Assembly: GCA_013239625.1 (NCBI GenBank)
Contig: MU053594.1
Location: 186,001 to 250,000 of the forward strand
Length of the DNA stretch: 64,000 nt
Direction: 5' to 3'
From: Lama guanicoe
Taxonomy: Eukaryota
Under the pieces are notes generated by a model. That model saw nothing but the letters and a program-made list of their open reading frames with translations, had not been told where the DNA came from and ran no database searches. A program made the position numbers and the translations under genes. Below are positions 61,206 to 64,000 of the stretch, piece by piece; within the stretch, counting starts at the first letter, position 1, and each line of letters begins with the position of its first letter.

Positions 61206-62059
61206 GAGGGTATTTGGGGCTGAACAGAAAAAGATTTAGAAAAATGTCGCTGTGGGTTGATTTTAGATACCATGCAAGTTAGATTGAAAATAAGGTTGGC
61301 ACCAATCATTTTGCTATGACAGATGTCTGTTGTATACCTACTAAGTGCCAGGAACTTATTCTGCCGTCAAGCTGCTCATCAGCTTAGAGGGCTGGGTGGA
61401 CTTTGTAAGGAGCAATCGGGACCCCGAGTAGGGGACAGCGCTGGGAGCACGCATGGGCAGTGTGCCACGGGGTGTCCGGGAGCCCCAACCGGGAACTGGA
61501 AGGAGCCAGAGTGGGGGGAGCTTCTCCGCGTTTTTCATTTTTGAGATCAAGTATTGTCAGTAGAAAGTGGGTTAAAAAAAAAGAATTATCAGGAGCTCTG
61601 GACTGATTTTTTAAATACAATTTGGTTATTTTATTATACAATTTTACCTGGAAGCACGGCAAGAAAAGATGAAATTCCTTACTGTGCGTCTCTGATCCTA
61701 TTAATAAATAAATTCTTACATAAAAAAAAAAGAAAGAAAGTGGGTTCCCCTTGCTTTCTTTTCTCTTAAATTGAAATGTAGGTGGGGGGGGATCATCCTT
61801 TCTCTCCACCCTTGACATGATCCTTCTTGGACATGATGAAAGAAGATTCAACCACGGGTTCAATTGTATTTGCTCATCTGAAACCTGGGCTCCGTGCGGT
61901 TCTGCGTGCCACATCTTAGCCAAAGTAAAGGGACTTTCTGCTTCCCTCTTCTCCAGCAACGGCAGCAGTGAGTCAAAATAAACAACCCCTGGAATCCAAA
62001 CGCTGGCTCCGCCTACAAAAAAGGCAAAATATTTCTCCTTTTATTGATGGAGGCTGTCA

Positions 62060-62480
62060 GTGCGCAGGGCACGACTGTGCCCACCGTCAGAGCGCGCCCG
62101 CCTGCGCCGGAGCGCGGCGGTGACCAGGTGGAGGAATCCTGGTGCCGAGAGGCGCTCGCTGCAGGAGGCCTGGCTTCAGAGCTTTTAATCAGGGATACTT
62201 TTTAAAAATCTTGTAAGTGAAGTTGACTTTCTGTGGCTCACAGGCCTTGATCCTGCCAGCAGGCCGCCTCCGCCCCCTCGCGGGGTGGGCTCTTAGCCCA
62301 GAGCCGAGTCAGCGCCGGACCTCCATCCGCTCAAGGCCGCAGGGACGAGAAGCGCTGGACCGCCGCGCCCCCGACAGCCGAGCGCGGGGCGGGGCTTGGC
62401 CGGCCACCCGCTGCCACTTCCTCCAAGCCCTGCTGACCTCTAGTGGTCACACGGTGGAACTGACAGGACGCTGGGCCGGA
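62060..62480. promoter_or_regulatory. Small orphan CpG-rich element with a GC box and a CTCF-like motif
   Basis: Dense CpGs (gcgcgcccg, gcgcggcgg, cgccgcgcc), GGGGCGGGGC at 62386-62395, and TGACCACTAGAGGTCAGCA on the minus strand at 62449-62431. Confidence 0.5.
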
Positions 62481-62504
62481 GTGGACAGCCAGGGTTACTT
62501 TGCA

Positions 62505-62650
62505 CACAGTCCAGTCACCTGGGAGCTTTGAAAATACCCTTGGCCAGGCCACACCGCAGACCAGTTAGGTTCGACTGTCGGACTTAGGCGTTGATTTTTT
62601 TTTTAAAGCTCCCCAGGTCATTCTAACGTGCAGCCAGGATTGAGAGCTCT
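62505..62650. mobile_element. MER5A-like hAT relic
   Basis: agtcacctgggagctttgaaaatac...taaagctccccaggtcattctaacgtgcagccaggattgagagc. Confidence 0.65.
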
Positions 62651-64000
62651 TGGGTCAAACTGGGCCATTTGCTCGCTTCTGATGGGCGTGTGCCAGGGCA
62701 GGGCGCTGTGATGTCAGCATCTGAAAATGGCTGAGAATGTCCGTCCTCCAGTGCGCCCCTGAGCCCAGTGTCTCAGCACCAGTGGTTGAGCTTTCATGCC
62801 CCTGACAGCGAGTCCCTGGTGCTGGTTCTGACTTCTGTGGGGGGTCCTGTTTCCTGAGCTTGTGGCTGCATCTGGATGGAACTCAGACCCTAGGAAAAGA
62901 CTGGAGAATAAAAAGGTCCCATCAATAAGAAGAAGAGAAGATGGTTTGCAGCCTTTCGCCCATTAGCAGAGTTCACATTCTGCTCCTCGGAAGTTCTTCC
63001 TGTTGTCTTACCTCAGTCTCCCTTCAAGGAGAGAAAAGTCTAGACTGAAAAAAGGCCAGCTTACCCATCACTCTGGCAGCAGCTGCGGGGTGGGTTAAGT
63101 CGGCCCAGGGCTGCGGTACCCACGGCTGCCCGGACCGGCTGGGCTGTTTTCTTCAGGCTCTGCACTCCATCCTCGATGAAATGGGTTGGAAGGGAGAAGA
63201 GCCAGCACCGGCACAATTAAATTAATTTCCAGCAGCTGCATGGGATTAAAATTACCCACTTCTCTCTGGTCTCTGTCTAATGTTCCTGAACACAATCTCC
63301 TGATCCTCTCCTCCTAGTCTTTTCTCTTGCTCATAGTCTCAGCTTTTGGTAAATTTACTCCTAATGTTCTGCCATTCCTCCCCCGGAGGTTTGGCTGGAG
63401 GGCACAGCCCTGGCTGGACCCACCCCAGGCCTGACCCTCCCCTTCCCGGACTTGCCCAGGGAGCTGGGCAGAGGCGACATCAGGGGGCAGTGTGACCCTC
63501 GGGAGCGGGTCAGGGTGTGGGAGTGCCTCAGCCCTCATGGGGTTCCCAGGGGAAGCGGAGCCTTGCGCTCCCCAGGCCTGTCCTTCCAGGGAGCAGAGGA
63601 AGGTCAGTACCCTACACTAGAATGAGCATCAGACTTGGGGTCAAGGCTGCATCAGCCGGCCTGGGTCCTCTCTGAGCCTCAGACACGCTTCTGTAAAGAG
63701 GAGAAGAGACTGTTCTCCTTACAGGTTGCTGTTGAGGATCTAAGAACACGATACACAGACAAAACAGACGTCTGAAACGTATAGGTAGATACTTGATAGA
63801 ACCTGACCTGGTAGATGATCGTATGTAATAGAATGATTATAGTACCAGCTGTTTACACTTACAATAGATAGTGTTTACTGAGTGTGTATTACAGGACCAC
63901 CATCACAGCTGTGCGCTGAGGCGAGTCCTGTGATTGGCCCCACTCACGAATGCGGGAAAACGGGTACAGAGGTGTTGGGAGACGTGCCCGAAGACACACA

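Noticed and set aside
1..64000. CRISPR array, operon or other prokaryote-type novel system
   Set aside because: The sequence is mammalian (spliced gene, SINE/LINE/MIR content), and no regularly spaced repeat-spacer structure was seen.

Overview
Mammalian genomic DNA, most likely a camelid (a Vic-1-type tRNA-derived SINE plus artiodactyl-type L1 3' ends). The window holds the 5' part of ZBTB16 (PLZF) on the minus strand: a CpG-island promoter (~39950-42300), non-coding exon 1 (~41548-41379), the large first coding exon (38353-36996; ATG at 38263; BTB/POZ domain, linker and a first C2H2 finger split by the intron), and ~37 kb of the following long intron, which runs off the left edge. Upstream lie a LAMTOR1 processed pseudogene with poly(A) and an 11-bp target-site duplication (49096-50113), a SINE, L1/L2/MIR/MLT1/hAT relics, two near-consensus CTCF motifs and an orphan CpG-rich patch. 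There are two assembly gaps. I found no prokaryote-type system (CRISPR, operon) and no convincing new protein-coding gene. The most interesting signals are regulatory: uORFs in the ZBTB16 leader, a RUNX/ETS-rich intronic patch, a perfect DR3 androgen-type element, a poly(A)-derived (GGAA)16 tract and convergent CTCF motifs. The others are retrotransposition footprints: a probable L1 3' transduction and an orphan polyadenylated insert. Repeat family names and boundaries are by eye and approximate.
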